This document shows, one piece after another, positions 22,609-33,077 of a DNA stretch of 41,191 nt. Below the pieces are notes generated by a model that was not told the DNA's origin, did no database searches, and saw nothing but the letters and a program-made list of their open reading frames with translations. How positions within the stretch are numbered: the stretch's first letter is position 1; each line of letters starts with the position of its first letter. Made by a program: the position numbers and the translations under genes. Origin of the DNA: Craspedostauros australis (taxonomy: Eukaryota); assembly GCA_030167865.1 (NCBI GenBank), contig JALAGF010006086.1, forward strand, positions 1 to 41,191, in the 5' to 3' direction.

Positions 22609-24060
22609 ATGGCGAAGATGCCATCCTCCAATCGACGCAACGCCCTTATTCTGCTCTTGGTTGCAGTCGCAGTTGGACGTCAAGGTTACACACAGGCATT
22701 CCTCCAGAGACAGCCGCCGAGATCAGGATCAAAGCTATCGATCTCGCTCTCCGCACTGCCTGCGTCAAAGACAAACGCCGATGACATCACACAACTTTAC
22801 AAAGATGCCAGTGATGCCAATGATGCCAAATTTACGACGGATGCCAGTCTTCAGGATCAGTCCACGACAGACACGCTGTCCGCGTTGCCGGCACAGTCGA
22901 TGGAACCAACGCCGTGGATGCAATTGACACCCAGTTGCGCCACGATCGCTGCCTTCGTGGCTGTCACGACGTTGATCACGTGCCACCCGTTGGATGCCAT
23001 GGCAATCGTTACGGATAGCGCCCATATATCTGCCATCGCTAGCAGCAGCAGTAGCAATGGTATCGGTAGCGCCGTCACGAACGCACATGTGATTGCATCG
23101 CATGCAACCACCGCTGGTGCAACGTCCATCATCCATTCAAACACGATCACAACCGCAAACGCGGTAGCAGCGTCCCCGCCCGTGGATTGGAATGCCATCT
23201 TCCGAAGGGCCTCCAAACGTGCTCTGGGAGGAGGCAAGGCCGGTGCCTCTGCCGCCGTCGTTCAGGTCCTCTCCCTCATGTGGCTGCGTACCTCCATGAA
23301 TTACCAATACCGCTACGGCGGCAACCTCAAAACTTCCATGGATACGCTATGGCAGGAAGGCGGCGCCGCACGGCTGTACCAAGGCCTGCCGTTCGCCATC
23401 GTGCAAGGTCCCTTGACGCGATTCGGTGACACGGCCGCGAACGTGGGAATCCTGGCCTTGTTGGAGAGCTTCCCGGAGACGCAATCGCTGCCGCTGCCTC
23501 TCAAGACGGCGTTCGGCAGCGTCGGCGCCGGACTGTGGCGCATCGTCCTCATGCCCATCGACGCTTCCAAGACGGTCATGCAGGTGGAAGGTTCCGATGC
23601 GTTGGGTCGTCTCTGGTCCTTGGTGCGCACGGAAGGTCCTGGAACGCTGTACCAGGGCGCGTTGGCGCAGGCGGCGGCCACGGCGGTCGGGCACTTTCCG
23701 TGGTTCCTTACCTACAACTTCCTCGATGCGCAGCTGCCAGCAGTGTCGTCGTCAGAAGATCTGTTCCTTTCGTTGGGCCGATCAGCATTTTTGGGATTCG
23801 GGGCCTCGTGTGTTTCGGACGTGTGCTCCAACAGCCTCAGGGTCATCAAGACGACAAAGCAGACCGCGCGTCTCGGCGAAGACGGCAGCAGCGATGTCAG
23901 CAAAGAAGTGTCGTATCAGGAAGTCGTCAAGCTCATCTTGGAGAAGGATGGATTTGCCGGTCTTTTCGGCCGGGGTCTTCAAACGCGCTTGCTCACCAAC
24001 AGCATTCAAGGTGCCGTCTTCAGTATCCTGTGGAAGTACTTCCAGCAAACGCAATCGTAG
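22609..24060 (+). CDS. Mitochondrial carrier family (SLC25-like) protein with a long N-terminal extension and predicted bipartite plastid leader
   Basis: Three carrier repeats (LMWLRTSMNYQ..EGGAARLYQGL; MPIDASKTVMQ..EGPGTLYQG; NSLRVIKTTKQ..DGFAGLFGRGL). First ATG at 22609. Hydrophobic signal followed by TQA-F. Confidence 0.85.
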   Translation: MAKMPSSNRRNALILLLVAVAVGRQGYTQAFLQRQPPRSGSKLSISLSALPASKTNADDITQLYKDASDANDAKFTTDASLQDQSTTDTLSALPAQSMEPTPWMQLTPSCATIAAFVAVTTLITCHPLDAMAIVTDSAHISAIASSSSSNGIGSAVTNAHVIASHATTAGATSIIHSNTITTANAVAASPPVDWNAIFRRASKRALGGGKAGASAAVVQVLSLMWLRTSMNYQYRYGGNLKTSMDTLWQEGGAARLYQGLPFAIVQGPLTRFGDTAANVGILALLESFPETQSLPLPLKTAFGSVGAGLWRIVLMPIDASKTVMQVEGSDALGRLWSLVRTEGPGTLYQGALAQAAATAVGHFPWFLTYNFLDAQLPAVSSSEDLFLSLGRSAFLGFGASCVSDVCSNSLRVIKTTKQTARLGEDGSSDVSKEVSYQEVVKLILEKDGFAGLFGRGLQTRLLTNSIQGAVFSILWKYFQQTQS

Positions 24061-24359
24061 GTAATATTCATTTTCTAGAAAGAGAAAAAGAGTAGACTAC
24101 AAGCATATCCGAGTGCGTACGTATGGCAAGAGGGTGTTACAACTGGTATCGCGTGATACAGGTACGACTACTTGGTGGATCAGTAGTCTCTACCTTCTCT
24201 GTGCTGATCACAATCGGACAACTTCTTCGAATGGCTCAAATGTAGGTCTACATACTTGGGTGTTAATGTAGCGTGGAGTAAAAATGCACCTTGAGTATCG
24301 GCAGATGGATGAACTCTGTTGCTCTGCTCTGCTCTATCGCCTTCGATCGTCGACTCTCT

Positions 24360-27344
24360 TCATTTGGTGTAGATCGAGTGCAGCCCGACCAATCCCAACT
24401 TCTCATGCGCCCATCGATCCAGCAGCTGTGTCGGAGGCGTGATGCCCACCATCCGATGTGCCCACAGAGTATTCGCGATGGATTGCGCGTTGGCCTTGTC
24501 AATCTGATCGATCATCAGCGCTGACAGCTGCGCGAAGATGTATTTGTTGCGCACTGACAGGACGCCCATGGCGTACATCGTGGTCGCGGCATCCTTCGGC
24601 GTCGTGTACGTGCTCAGCATGCCGCGGGCCAGCATCGTGATGACCTCCTTGTCGTTGAACTCCACCTTGCACAAACCCCACAAGCAGTTGGTGATCTCGA
24701 CCGTGTTGAGGCGCGCGGCCATGTCCTTGGCGCGGTATGCGAGGGAGCAAACGATGCCGGCCTGCTTGATGCGCAGCTTCCCGATCGCCCACGTGGCCTG
24801 GGCGATGTCACGCGGTGTCATCTCGTTGGCCCGCAATGACAAATCGTAGGCCAGCGAGGTCGCGTCATTTCGATGATCCCGGTTTGGCTGGCTGTGCCTC
24901 TCCCACTCCGACATCTTGCCGCAGGCCCAGAGGCTCTGCGCGAGCTGGCGCGTTGTGCATTGGTCGGACATGGACACGAGCAGCGACGTGAGATGGTGGT
25001 ACACCTCCTTGTCATCCAGGTACGACGATCTGGCGAATGCGTAGAGAGCCGACGATGCCTCCGCCGGTGACAGGTCTGGGGACAGCAGGTGGTGGCTGAG
25101 CTTGTCGAACAACCCGCAGGAAAGTTCGTACAACTTGATCTTATCCGCCTCTGGCGATCCAATCCATTGCTTTTCGCGAGCATCTATGATGGAAGTGAAG
25201 GTCCCCAGGATGCGGCATGCCATCTTAGGGCTGCATGTGGACGTGATGTCGTGCAGCATGATGCGGTTGGCCAGATGCGCCAGGACCTCGTCGTCGTAGG
25301 TTCGGACCATGGAGATGAACCAGAGGAAGTTGGCGAGTTCGTCTGGTCCACAGCGCGACAAGAAATCCTCATCTGTGAACAGCCGTTGCGTGGCCTTGAC
25401 GAATGGTGCGGCAACGCTTGGTTTGCGTCGATACAACAACGCCACAGTGCGAAGGATGAAGCTCACTTGTCGTGGATTCATGGAGTGCGGCGGTGCCTGT
25501 GGCTCACGTGCCTGCAGCTGATGATGGTCATGCGCTGCGCTTGTTGATGCATCAATTTCGCGCTGCGTTAGCTTGTGCAAGTGATGGCCGATCAAACCGA
25601 TCATCTCTGGCTGACCCGCGATCTGTAGCTTCTCCACGGCCGTCGCGATTTGACTAAGATGCGTCAAGCTTGGCGTTGCATTCGATGCCAAGCCTCCCTG
25701 TTTGCATGCACGGGCAAGGTCATCAATGAGCTTCGTATCCGCTCGTATCACTTCGTACGGTTCCAACGCAGCTAGCGTACGCCAGATATCTGACGCCATT
25801 CCCGATGTCAGCTTGTTTGATTCGTGCTGACGCAGTTGGTGTTGATGTTGTTGTGGTTGCTGTTGCTGCTCACCACAACCTTCTTCTTCTTCTTCCGAAT
25901 CATCGAGACAACGCCGCAGGATGGTGCTGATCGTGGTGTAGGCAAAGATTCCAATCTCTTCTCCCAGTCGTGACGTAAGCCCCGGCTGAGATGTGACGAG
26001 GTCGCGTATCGCCACCAGCGATCGCCGCAGATCCGAGAGGCTTGCATCTGCATGAACTTTCCTCTTTCGCAATCGTCGCATGAATGTGCGGGACAACGTG
26101 AAGCAATGATCCGAAGAATTGTCCGCGGCCGTGAGACGATCGCCTGCAGTTGCCACGACGGTGAGGCCTTGAGACAATGTGTACGGCGAGAGCTTGGACA
26201 TCGCGTCTGCTTTCGAGAGGCGGGCGAAGATGCGATCCGCGAGATACTGCATGCGAGGGTCGCCGTCGACGAGGCCGAGTTGATTGCATGCGTAAAGGCA
26301 TTTGATGAGAACTTTGGGCGAAGCTCTGAAGATGGCCGCTTCTCCAGACGTCGATAGCAGAGCAACGACGAGACGACCCAGCGGTTGCAGGTGGCTGCGG
26401 CTGGAAGGGCTCTGCTGACACATCACCGCCAGTGCCTGCAGTACATCGATCAAAGATGACACGGCCAGTTGAGTGGATGTCTCAAATTGAGCAATGGCTC
26501 GATGGGCCGACACGAGTTGTCGCCCGATGGATTTCAGCAGCTGAGACAGGAGCTCGCGTCTGATATAGTGGCCATCTTTGAATTGGCTGTTGGTCCGTGA
26601 GTGTTGCACGGTGATAGTGGCGATCCTCCGAAAGGCGGCGGCCGCGATGGAAAAGTCGAGGTTGTCGATCACATCCATCGAGACAGCATGAGACTCCTGA
26701 TGTTGACGTTGTTGATGATGGTGTTGATGATGTTGTTGATGCTGGGCTGGAGTGGTGCTCACATGGCGTGGGGCGCCCAGTGCAGCAGCAGCCAGTCGAG
26801 GTCTGCCCTGGTAGTGACGTTGCGCTTGCGGTATTCGCCGTATACCGTGTGTTCTATACATTGGTTGTGTGTTGTGCTGATGCCGTTGCTGCTGCTCATG
26901 TTCCTCTGATGGTTGCCTTATTCTGTGCAGCTGCACATGCTCAGAGTGGTGGTGCTGCTGATGATGAGTGCAATCGTGTAGCAGCTGGGCCATCAGCTCG
27001 GATGTCGGGCACCGAGCCACCGCAGCGACGGCGTCCCACTTGGTTTTGAAGTGATGCCTCCGCCGTCCGGGAAGCCCAACTGGAGGGCTCAAGGAGTCTC
27101 CCACGAATTGTTGTTGATGCTGATACTGCTGCTGTTCATGTTGCTGTTCATGTTGCTGCTCCTGTTCTTCCTGTTGTCTGATGTGTGTGTGGACGGATAT
27201 TCGTGTGGTGCTTGGTTGGTGTGATCCAGATGTCGGCGTCGGTATTCGTGTGCCTGCATGAGACGATGTGAACCCTGACGCTGAGTGCGTCAGAAGGAGG
27301 ATGCCAGACAGCATCGGCAGCAGCCTCTTCAGTGTCCCTTCCAT
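24360..27344 (-). CDS. Helical-repeat (OPR/FAST-like) putative organellar RNA-binding protein, predicted plastid-targeted
   Basis: Tandem ~37-39 aa repeats: GPDELANFLWFI, SPAEASSALYAFAR, TTRQLAQSLWACGK, TPRDIAQATWAIGKL, NTVEITNCLWGLCKV, TPKDAATTMYAMGVL, NAQSIANTLWAH. Signal peptide followed by ASG-F, and a Q/H-rich linker. Confidence 0.8.
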   Translation of the reverse strand: MEGTLKRLLPMLSGILLLTHSASGFTSSHAGTRIPTPTSGSHQPSTTRISVHTHIRQQEEQEQQHEQQHEQQQYQHQQQFVGDSLSPPVGLPGRRRHHFKTKWDAVAAVARCPTSELMAQLLHDCTHHQQHHHSEHVQLHRIRQPSEEHEQQQRHQHNTQPMYRTHGIRRIPQAQRHYQGRPRLAAAALGAPRHVSTTPAQHQQHHQHHHQQRQHQESHAVSMDVIDNLDFSIAAAAFRRIATITVQHSRTNSQFKDGHYIRRELLSQLLKSIGRQLVSAHRAIAQFETSTQLAVSSLIDVLQALAVMCQQSPSSRSHLQPLGRLVVALLSTSGEAAIFRASPKVLIKCLYACNQLGLVDGDPRMQYLADRIFARLSKADAMSKLSPYTLSQGLTVVATAGDRLTAADNSSDHCFTLSRTFMRRLRKRKVHADASLSDLRRSLVAIRDLVTSQPGLTSRLGEEIGIFAYTTISTILRRCLDDSEEEEEGCGEQQQQPQQHQHQLRQHESNKLTSGMASDIWRTLAALEPYEVIRADTKLIDDLARACKQGGLASNATPSLTHLSQIATAVEKLQIAGQPEMIGLIGHHLHKLTQREIDASTSAAHDHHQLQAREPQAPPHSMNPRQVSFILRTVALLYRRKPSVAAPFVKATQRLFTDEDFLSRCGPDELANFLWFISMVRTYDDEVLAHLANRIMLHDITSTCSPKMACRILGTFTSIIDAREKQWIGSPEADKIKLYELSCGLFDKLSHHLLSPDLSPAEASSALYAFARSSYLDDKEVYHHLTSLLVSMSDQCTTRQLAQSLWACGKMSEWERHSQPNRDHRNDATSLAYDLSLRANEMTPRDIAQATWAIGKLRIKQAGIVCSLAYRAKDMAARLNTVEITNCLWGLCKVEFNDKEVITMLARGMLSTYTTPKDAATTMYAMGVLSVRNKYIFAQLSALMIDQIDKANAQSIANTLWAHRMVGITPPTQLLDRWAHEKLGLVGLHSIYTK

Positions 27345-28559
27345 TGTGCTTGCGTACAGATGTGTACAGATGCGGATGATGCTGGTGGTTGTTGTAGAGT
27401 TGAGTAGAGCGGAGGAGAGTATGCAGAGAAGAGTCGAGTTGGGTTGGGTACTCTGTGCCTTTCCGCTGTGCCAATCTCGAAGTCAGAGGAGGGCAGTCAG
27501 ATGAAGGAAGTCTGCAGCGTGATGTGTGATGTGGAAGGATCAAAACGAACAGAGCAAAGGCGAAGAATGCCAAAAGTTACGTTCTTTTGTGCTTGGTTCC
27601 AAGAAGTCCTTTTGTGGGTGTTTGCTCTCCCTGTTGCTACTACCAGCGCCGCAAGATGTGGTCCTTGTGCCGATGGTGTGAACCTCCTTGTTGTCTATCT
27701 CTTCCTCTTCCTCCTTTGCTGTCCTCTGTTTTTGCTTTCCGCCCTGATGTCGCCAAGCTGTCCCCATCACGCCAGTGCTGATACTTCCGCGATTTCGACA
27801 CCTGCCTTCTTTTTCGTGCCATCAATCAACGCGATTGCACGTCGCGCAACAACGCTGCCACCCTGTTCTGTTTGGCCTCTCCGTTTGATGGCTGCCAACG
27901 AAGAAACGACAGAGAGACACAACGCGGCGCCTTCTGTTTTTGATGGCTCACTGTCCTTTGTGCGTCATCAGCTGTGCCATCACCACCACACAAAACACAC
28001 AAACCACGTCAAAACTGTTTGGTTGGTGGTCGTGCTCCGAGAGTCCCCATCAATCGACTGGGTCAAGTAGAGTTCCGAATGAATTCTGGACATGTGCCAC
28101 GTCAGCTGAAATACTCCGAATTGTTGTGATGTGTCGTGCGTGATTAAAACAGCATACTATCGGACTGTACGACGTACGGATGTCGAATCGTCCACAACAC
28201 CCAGTCCCAAAGAAGAACAAAGCAGATGTTCGGAGAATCATGTGTGGTGATTGAGAACAGATGCACATTTTGTGGGGTGCTTCTTGATGTTGGGCCTTTC
28301 GCATCGCCAAGGGGACATGCTCTTTGGCGCCGCCACTCGGCATCGATCACCCTCGAGAGACAAGCTGCTGCGCAGGGCATGGACGTGTGCGAAGTTCTTG
28401 ACGAATGCTGTACTTTATTTACTATTGGTGCTGCTGAAAATGCAAGCAGAGTGTTGCACGATGGGTGCTCTCGCCACTCTGTACGATGACATGTACGAAG
28501 CCATGCATATAATGCATGCATATACCTATGTATGCGCTCTGCGCGCGTTGGCGTCAGTG

Positions 28560-30062
28560 CTACGGCATGGTGGCGACGAGGAGCAGTTGGCCAAGCGCCA
28601 TGGCCATTACCGAGATGATGCCTGCGATGGAAGCGGCACCGCTTCCGTCGTCGCTGTCGCCTGGTCCATCTGTGTCTTCGTTTGTGTCGTCGCTGGTGAC
28701 GTTTGCTGTGGCCGGATCGTTGCGGAACAGCCTCAGGCGATCCTCGACGTCATCGCTCATGAACGCGATGTTGGCATGCGCATCGGTCTCCATCTCGACC
28801 TTGCCCGCCGCCTGGGCCTCTGGTGACAAGTAGAGACGTTCCTTGCCGGATGGCCAGGTCTCGTAGGAGGTTGGCCCATGGTACATGAAGCCGCCCTCGA
28901 ACCATTCGTACTTGCGGAACGTGGTGGCAACGGCCCACCGGACGGTCAGAACCGAGCCGCCGATCTCGAATGGGTATGCGCGGGATCTTGACCACGTGCC
29001 GGTGTACACCCCGGTCGATTCGTCGTAGGCGACCGCGACGTCATACATGTCGGAATCTTCTATTGGCAAGACATCGACGATCAGCACCGTTCCCCTGCCA
29101 GAAGACGACGAGATGATGATCGAGGACTTTTCGGGATGTTCGGCATTGTACTGGCAATACGAGACGCCGTTGTCCGCAATGAAGGTAGCGCGCTTCTGGG
29201 TGCAGGACGTGACGGATCGCTTGACGAAGAGGTCGTCCAGATCGTTCTCTGTTCCTGGGAGGTCATCCCACTTGAGGAAGAAATGGCGGACGCGGAAGGC
29301 GTCGCAAGCGGCCACCCCGTCGGCGATGTAGCACTGGTAGCCAGACGTAGCGTTGGACAGCGTGCCGTCGTAGATGGCCTTCGTGTTCGTGCCGCTCCAA
29401 TACTGGAAGGCCGACCAGATGGTGGAGTTGTGGAAGGTCATTCGAAAATCGACCTTGTCTTCCTTGACGTGGTAGTACAGATCGCGCTTGTGCCCACCGG
29501 CAATGCCGAAGGGCAAGTGACCCTGGACCTCGCCGGGGAAGACGGCGGCCGGCGGGTCGGCGGGGTCGGCGTCACATGCGTTGCACGTTTTGCGGCAGAT
29601 GCTGTTGACCATGGTGTTGCCCATGCCGCTTACGATCTCACTGCCGCATGCGTAGTTTGCGAGGATGTCATCCGTGCAGGAGCATTGCTTGGCGAACAGG
29701 CAAATTCCGTGCGTGGCGATCTCATCTTCGCACGGTGGCGGCGGCGTTTCGGCATCGCAGGCGTTGCAGGTTTTGGCGCAGACTTCGTTGACCGGGACGC
29801 TGTTGCCCATGCTGCTCGTGATGTCCCCGCCGCAGTCGTAGGTCTCCAGCACTTTCGTGCAGTTGCAGAGGTTAGCGAACGTGCACACGACATGATCGCT
29901 CACCAAGTCCTTGCAGTCATCGTCTGTGTTGTTGCTCATAGCCGCGGCTGAGTTGGCATCGGAGTCGAGGACGACGACAAGGATGACGGCAGCGACCAGG
30001 TAAAGTGAGCGCAGCAATCCTCCATGGCTCCTGATTGCGTTTCTTGGCTTGGGATTGGACAT
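28560..30062 (-). CDS. Secreted, probably GPI-anchored protein with two Cys-rich ShK-like repeats and a DOMON-like domain
   Basis: N-terminal hydrophobic signal. Two 53-aa repeats ending in C.KTCNAC. Beta-rich domain (DLYYHV..DKVDFRM...WSAF...TGTWSR...VRWAV...YHG). C-terminal DGSGAA followed by a hydrophobic tail with no cytosolic domain. Confidence 0.75.
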   Translation of the reverse strand: MSNPKPRNAIRSHGGLLRSLYLVAAVILVVVLDSDANSAAAMSNNTDDDCKDLVSDHVVCTFANLCNCTKVLETYDCGGDITSSMGNSVPVNEVCAKTCNACDAETPPPPCEDEIATHGICLFAKQCSCTDDILANYACGSEIVSGMGNTMVNSICRKTCNACDADPADPPAAVFPGEVQGHLPFGIAGGHKRDLYYHVKEDKVDFRMTFHNSTIWSAFQYWSGTNTKAIYDGTLSNATSGYQCYIADGVAACDAFRVRHFFLKWDDLPGTENDLDDLFVKRSVTSCTQKRATFIADNGVSYCQYNAEHPEKSSIIISSSSGRGTVLIVDVLPIEDSDMYDVAVAYDESTGVYTGTWSRSRAYPFEIGGSVLTVRWAVATTFRKYEWFEGGFMYHGPTSYETWPSGKERLYLSPEAQAAGKVEMETDAHANIAFMSDDVEDRLRLFRNDPATANVTSDDTNEDTDGPGDSDDGSGAASIAGIISVMAMALGQLLLVATMP

Positions 30063-31577
30063 TGTGATAGTGATTGTGGTTGTCTTGTGTTTGAATTTGG
30101 ATTTGCGCTTGGCTTTGGCTTGATGGAGCCGATGGGGTGTTCGAATGAACGATTGGGGAATTTATGAGAAATGGAAGTGGTGTTGGTGGTTGTGTTGGTG
30201 GTTGGGTCGGCGACCGTCTTCGCTCACATTTGGATGGTGTGTTGTTGCAGTCATTTTGGTGTTGCTGCTGTCGCTGCGGTTACTGTTGCTGCCGATCTCA
30301 CACCTGTCGTCCACCACAACGCAACACCTTGCAGCTCTCATGCTGTGCCCTGCAAGCAACCGTGGTACTTGTTTGCGTTTGGGTTCACGTGCTCCTGTTG
30401 CAGCTGCAGTCGCTGTTGGTGTTGAAGGGTGTGGTGTCCGAGGATCGGGCCTGTGCCAACTTCGCCTCGACGTCGCCTGTACTGTGAAAGAACATCTTGC
30501 ACAGGCAATTCAAGGTGACCACAGACCGGTGATGGAGCAGGCTAAATTTGTGAGGGCGAAACAAAGAGACAAGTGACGCTTCCGCATCTTTTTCAGCCGT
30601 GGTCGATCGTGACAAGTTCGCTCCTCCGGATTTTCCTTTTCCGCTTTGCTGTATTCCGCAGATCGTCCTCAGTGTGTTCCTTCTTCTTGTTTCGGTGGAC
30701 ATCAGAATTACCATGGGCCGTACTAGTAAGAAATGGAGAAGACCATTTCGTGAAACCTCTTGTCAAATTGGAGTGAATGAGTTGTTGCGCCATCAGGACA
30801 CTGGAACAGTACCGATCAAACACGAACTGGTCACACTGACAAAGAAGACCAGAATGACCCATCACATCCGATTTGTTCGCGGTCTTTTGCAGACGGTCTT
30901 TTCCGCTCCATGAGAAAAAAGCGTTGCGACGGAAAGATCACAACACAACATTTATGCTGTCATGTCACCGCAAATTCATGATTGATGAGTGAAGGTCGAA
31001 TAAATGCGAACAGTCGTTGCCAATTCCGAACGCGCGAGTGACAAGCGTGCGCCATGGTCCAATGTCGCCATGATCCTTCTTCAGCCGCCACGCTTCACGG
31101 AAACACCAACTGCGGACGAAAGTAAACTATTTGAGCGAAAGAGACCCAGATGGCGAAAAAAGAGAGGAGGACCCCGTGTTGTCATGACTAACCCGGGAAC
31201 AGAACACGCAACCACACAGACAAGATGACAATGACGCGACTGACGAGTCACTCGCCAGCACGGATACCGGCTTACTCAAAACACAGGAGCGCACACCTGA
31301 AACACACAGGACACGGAAAAATTGAGACAGAACCAGTGGATCGCTCACAAACGGATTTCTCGTGCGGCAACAACAAGCGCAAGTTGGTGCGGGAGAAAAT
31401 CTACGCTGCTCCTTTTTCCTTTCCTTCCTTTTTCTCTCGGTGCGATGGTGTCGCCTCCGGATGTCAAGGCTGCTGCTCACGTGCTGCAGTATGGTTCGCC
31501 GTCTTTGTCTCCGCTGGTTGCATCCTCTCACATCGGTGCATCTTTGGGTTCCGGGGGGGAGTGTGTTGCTTGATCCA

Positions 31578-31898
31578 ATGGAGGCGTCTGGCTATGGTCT
31601 TGTGGATGCGGAGTCGCTGGCTCTTGTGTCTTTGTCTGAGGCTCCGGGGACATCAGGGAAGCTGTTTTGTGGAGGTCTCATCGGGAAGTCTGGTGTGACA
31701 TTCTGCACCAATGCATTGTCAATTGGCATGAATCACTGTGGTGTTGCAGTGCATGGCAAACGCAAGGTCGTCACAGCTGCTGGTGATCTCTTCATCTGCT
31801 GCCCTGTCTCCAAGCAATGAGGGTCAGGCGGCGCCTTCTGCACACCAAGCATCAACAAGTTTGCACTCTCAGAGGAAGTCTTGTCTACTCTTTGTTAG
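31578..31898 (+). pseudogene. Degenerate Cys/His-motif ORF fragment, probably the N-terminus of a transposon ORF
   Basis: MEASG...FCGGLIGKSGVTFC......CGVAVH...LFIC, then an in-frame TGA (31818-31820) after which GSGGAFCTP continues before the frame collapses. It lies at the start of the TE-rich region. Confidence 0.4.
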
Positions 31899-33077
31899 GA
31901 ATCGAGGGTACAACTTCGTTGAGATACCCATGATTGCTGCACCTCCCAAACATTATTCATCACACCTTTGAATATTATTCATTACACCCATGAACCAAAT
32001 CACATGTGACCAATCTCAGTCTTAACAAGGAAAAACAGTCTGTCCTCTCTGAATCAGAAAAGCCACAGCATCAAGGAACAGGATGTCCCAACATCAAGCA
32101 TGGAATCATGACAAACAGTTGAGATTCAATAGGGGACAGACTATTACCGGACACGGTATCAAACCGATGGGAGAAATTCTTGTTTTGGCGCAAAATCTTC
32201 CGACTTGATCGACCACCAAATCTTTTCTCCTCCCTTCTCTCCTCCATTCACGAATCCATCATGACTCAAACATGACCTACCTGACTCACACCTCACCTTG
32301 GGAACTATATGCTCCTCAGATCCTCTTTACTACAACATACCTTGATTCCCTCCATGCTGACGACTACTGACCACTGCCGTAGTCTTGACGCGTGTATCTA
32401 ACCAGCTTCAACTCAAGCAATGGAATCCAAGGGTCAGCTCCAGCCACAGCCACTGCTTCATGACCGTCACTGTCAAGTGTCATGACCTACACTGCAGTGT
32501 ATCTACATGTATGAAGAGCAAAGCACTGAATTGATCATCTACCCTGAGCACTGAACCAAGTACATCAGTGCAGGGTCTCGCCAAGTTGTGTGGCATCGTT
32601 TCTTCACCCTACTAACACTACAAGCTAACTCATAATAAACAGTCAAGGATTAGCTACAAAGCACTCTTCTACTCATCGTTACAGTAACAACTATTCAAAC
32701 AGTACACTCTCTTGAACTACATCACACGGCTATCCCGAAGTCAGCAGATTCAAGAGGCATCCTCCACCAATTCGCGCCGTCTACACCCGAATCCTAACTG
32801 GTAGCTGCGAGTGGTTGCCAAATACTCTCTTATCAACTCCACCAAGCATCTTCCTCTGCCAACCAATCGCAAGTGTCTCTCTGAGACCAAGCCAAAAGGC
32901 ACAGCTTGCAAACCGAGCCTCCACCAAAGGACCACGTCCTCTCCGCATGCATCTGATCTGAAATCAGATCCCCAACGCTCGAAAACCGAGCTATCAACAT
33001 CTAGATTGAAATTAGGTACCCATCTCCCATGACTGAAACGTGATTCACTATTTTTGATTCGACTCGATTTGAGAGTA

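Noticed and set aside
26690..27180. CAG/CAT-rich runs, also at ~1228-1253 and ~16677-16705
   Set aside because: Ordinary low-complexity poly-Q/H/S or UTR microsatellites, common in this genome.
30385..31531. Several short ORFs between the GPI-protein gene and the TE island
   Set aside because: No motifs, mostly non-ATG starts, and no consistent coding frame. Possibly a decayed fragment, but unsupported.
32955..33004. Hairpin GATCTGA-AA-TCAGATC followed by CTAG as a possible Helitron 3' end
   Set aside because: The hairpin is AT-rich and about 30 nt from CTAG, and no Rep/helicase evidence is nearby.
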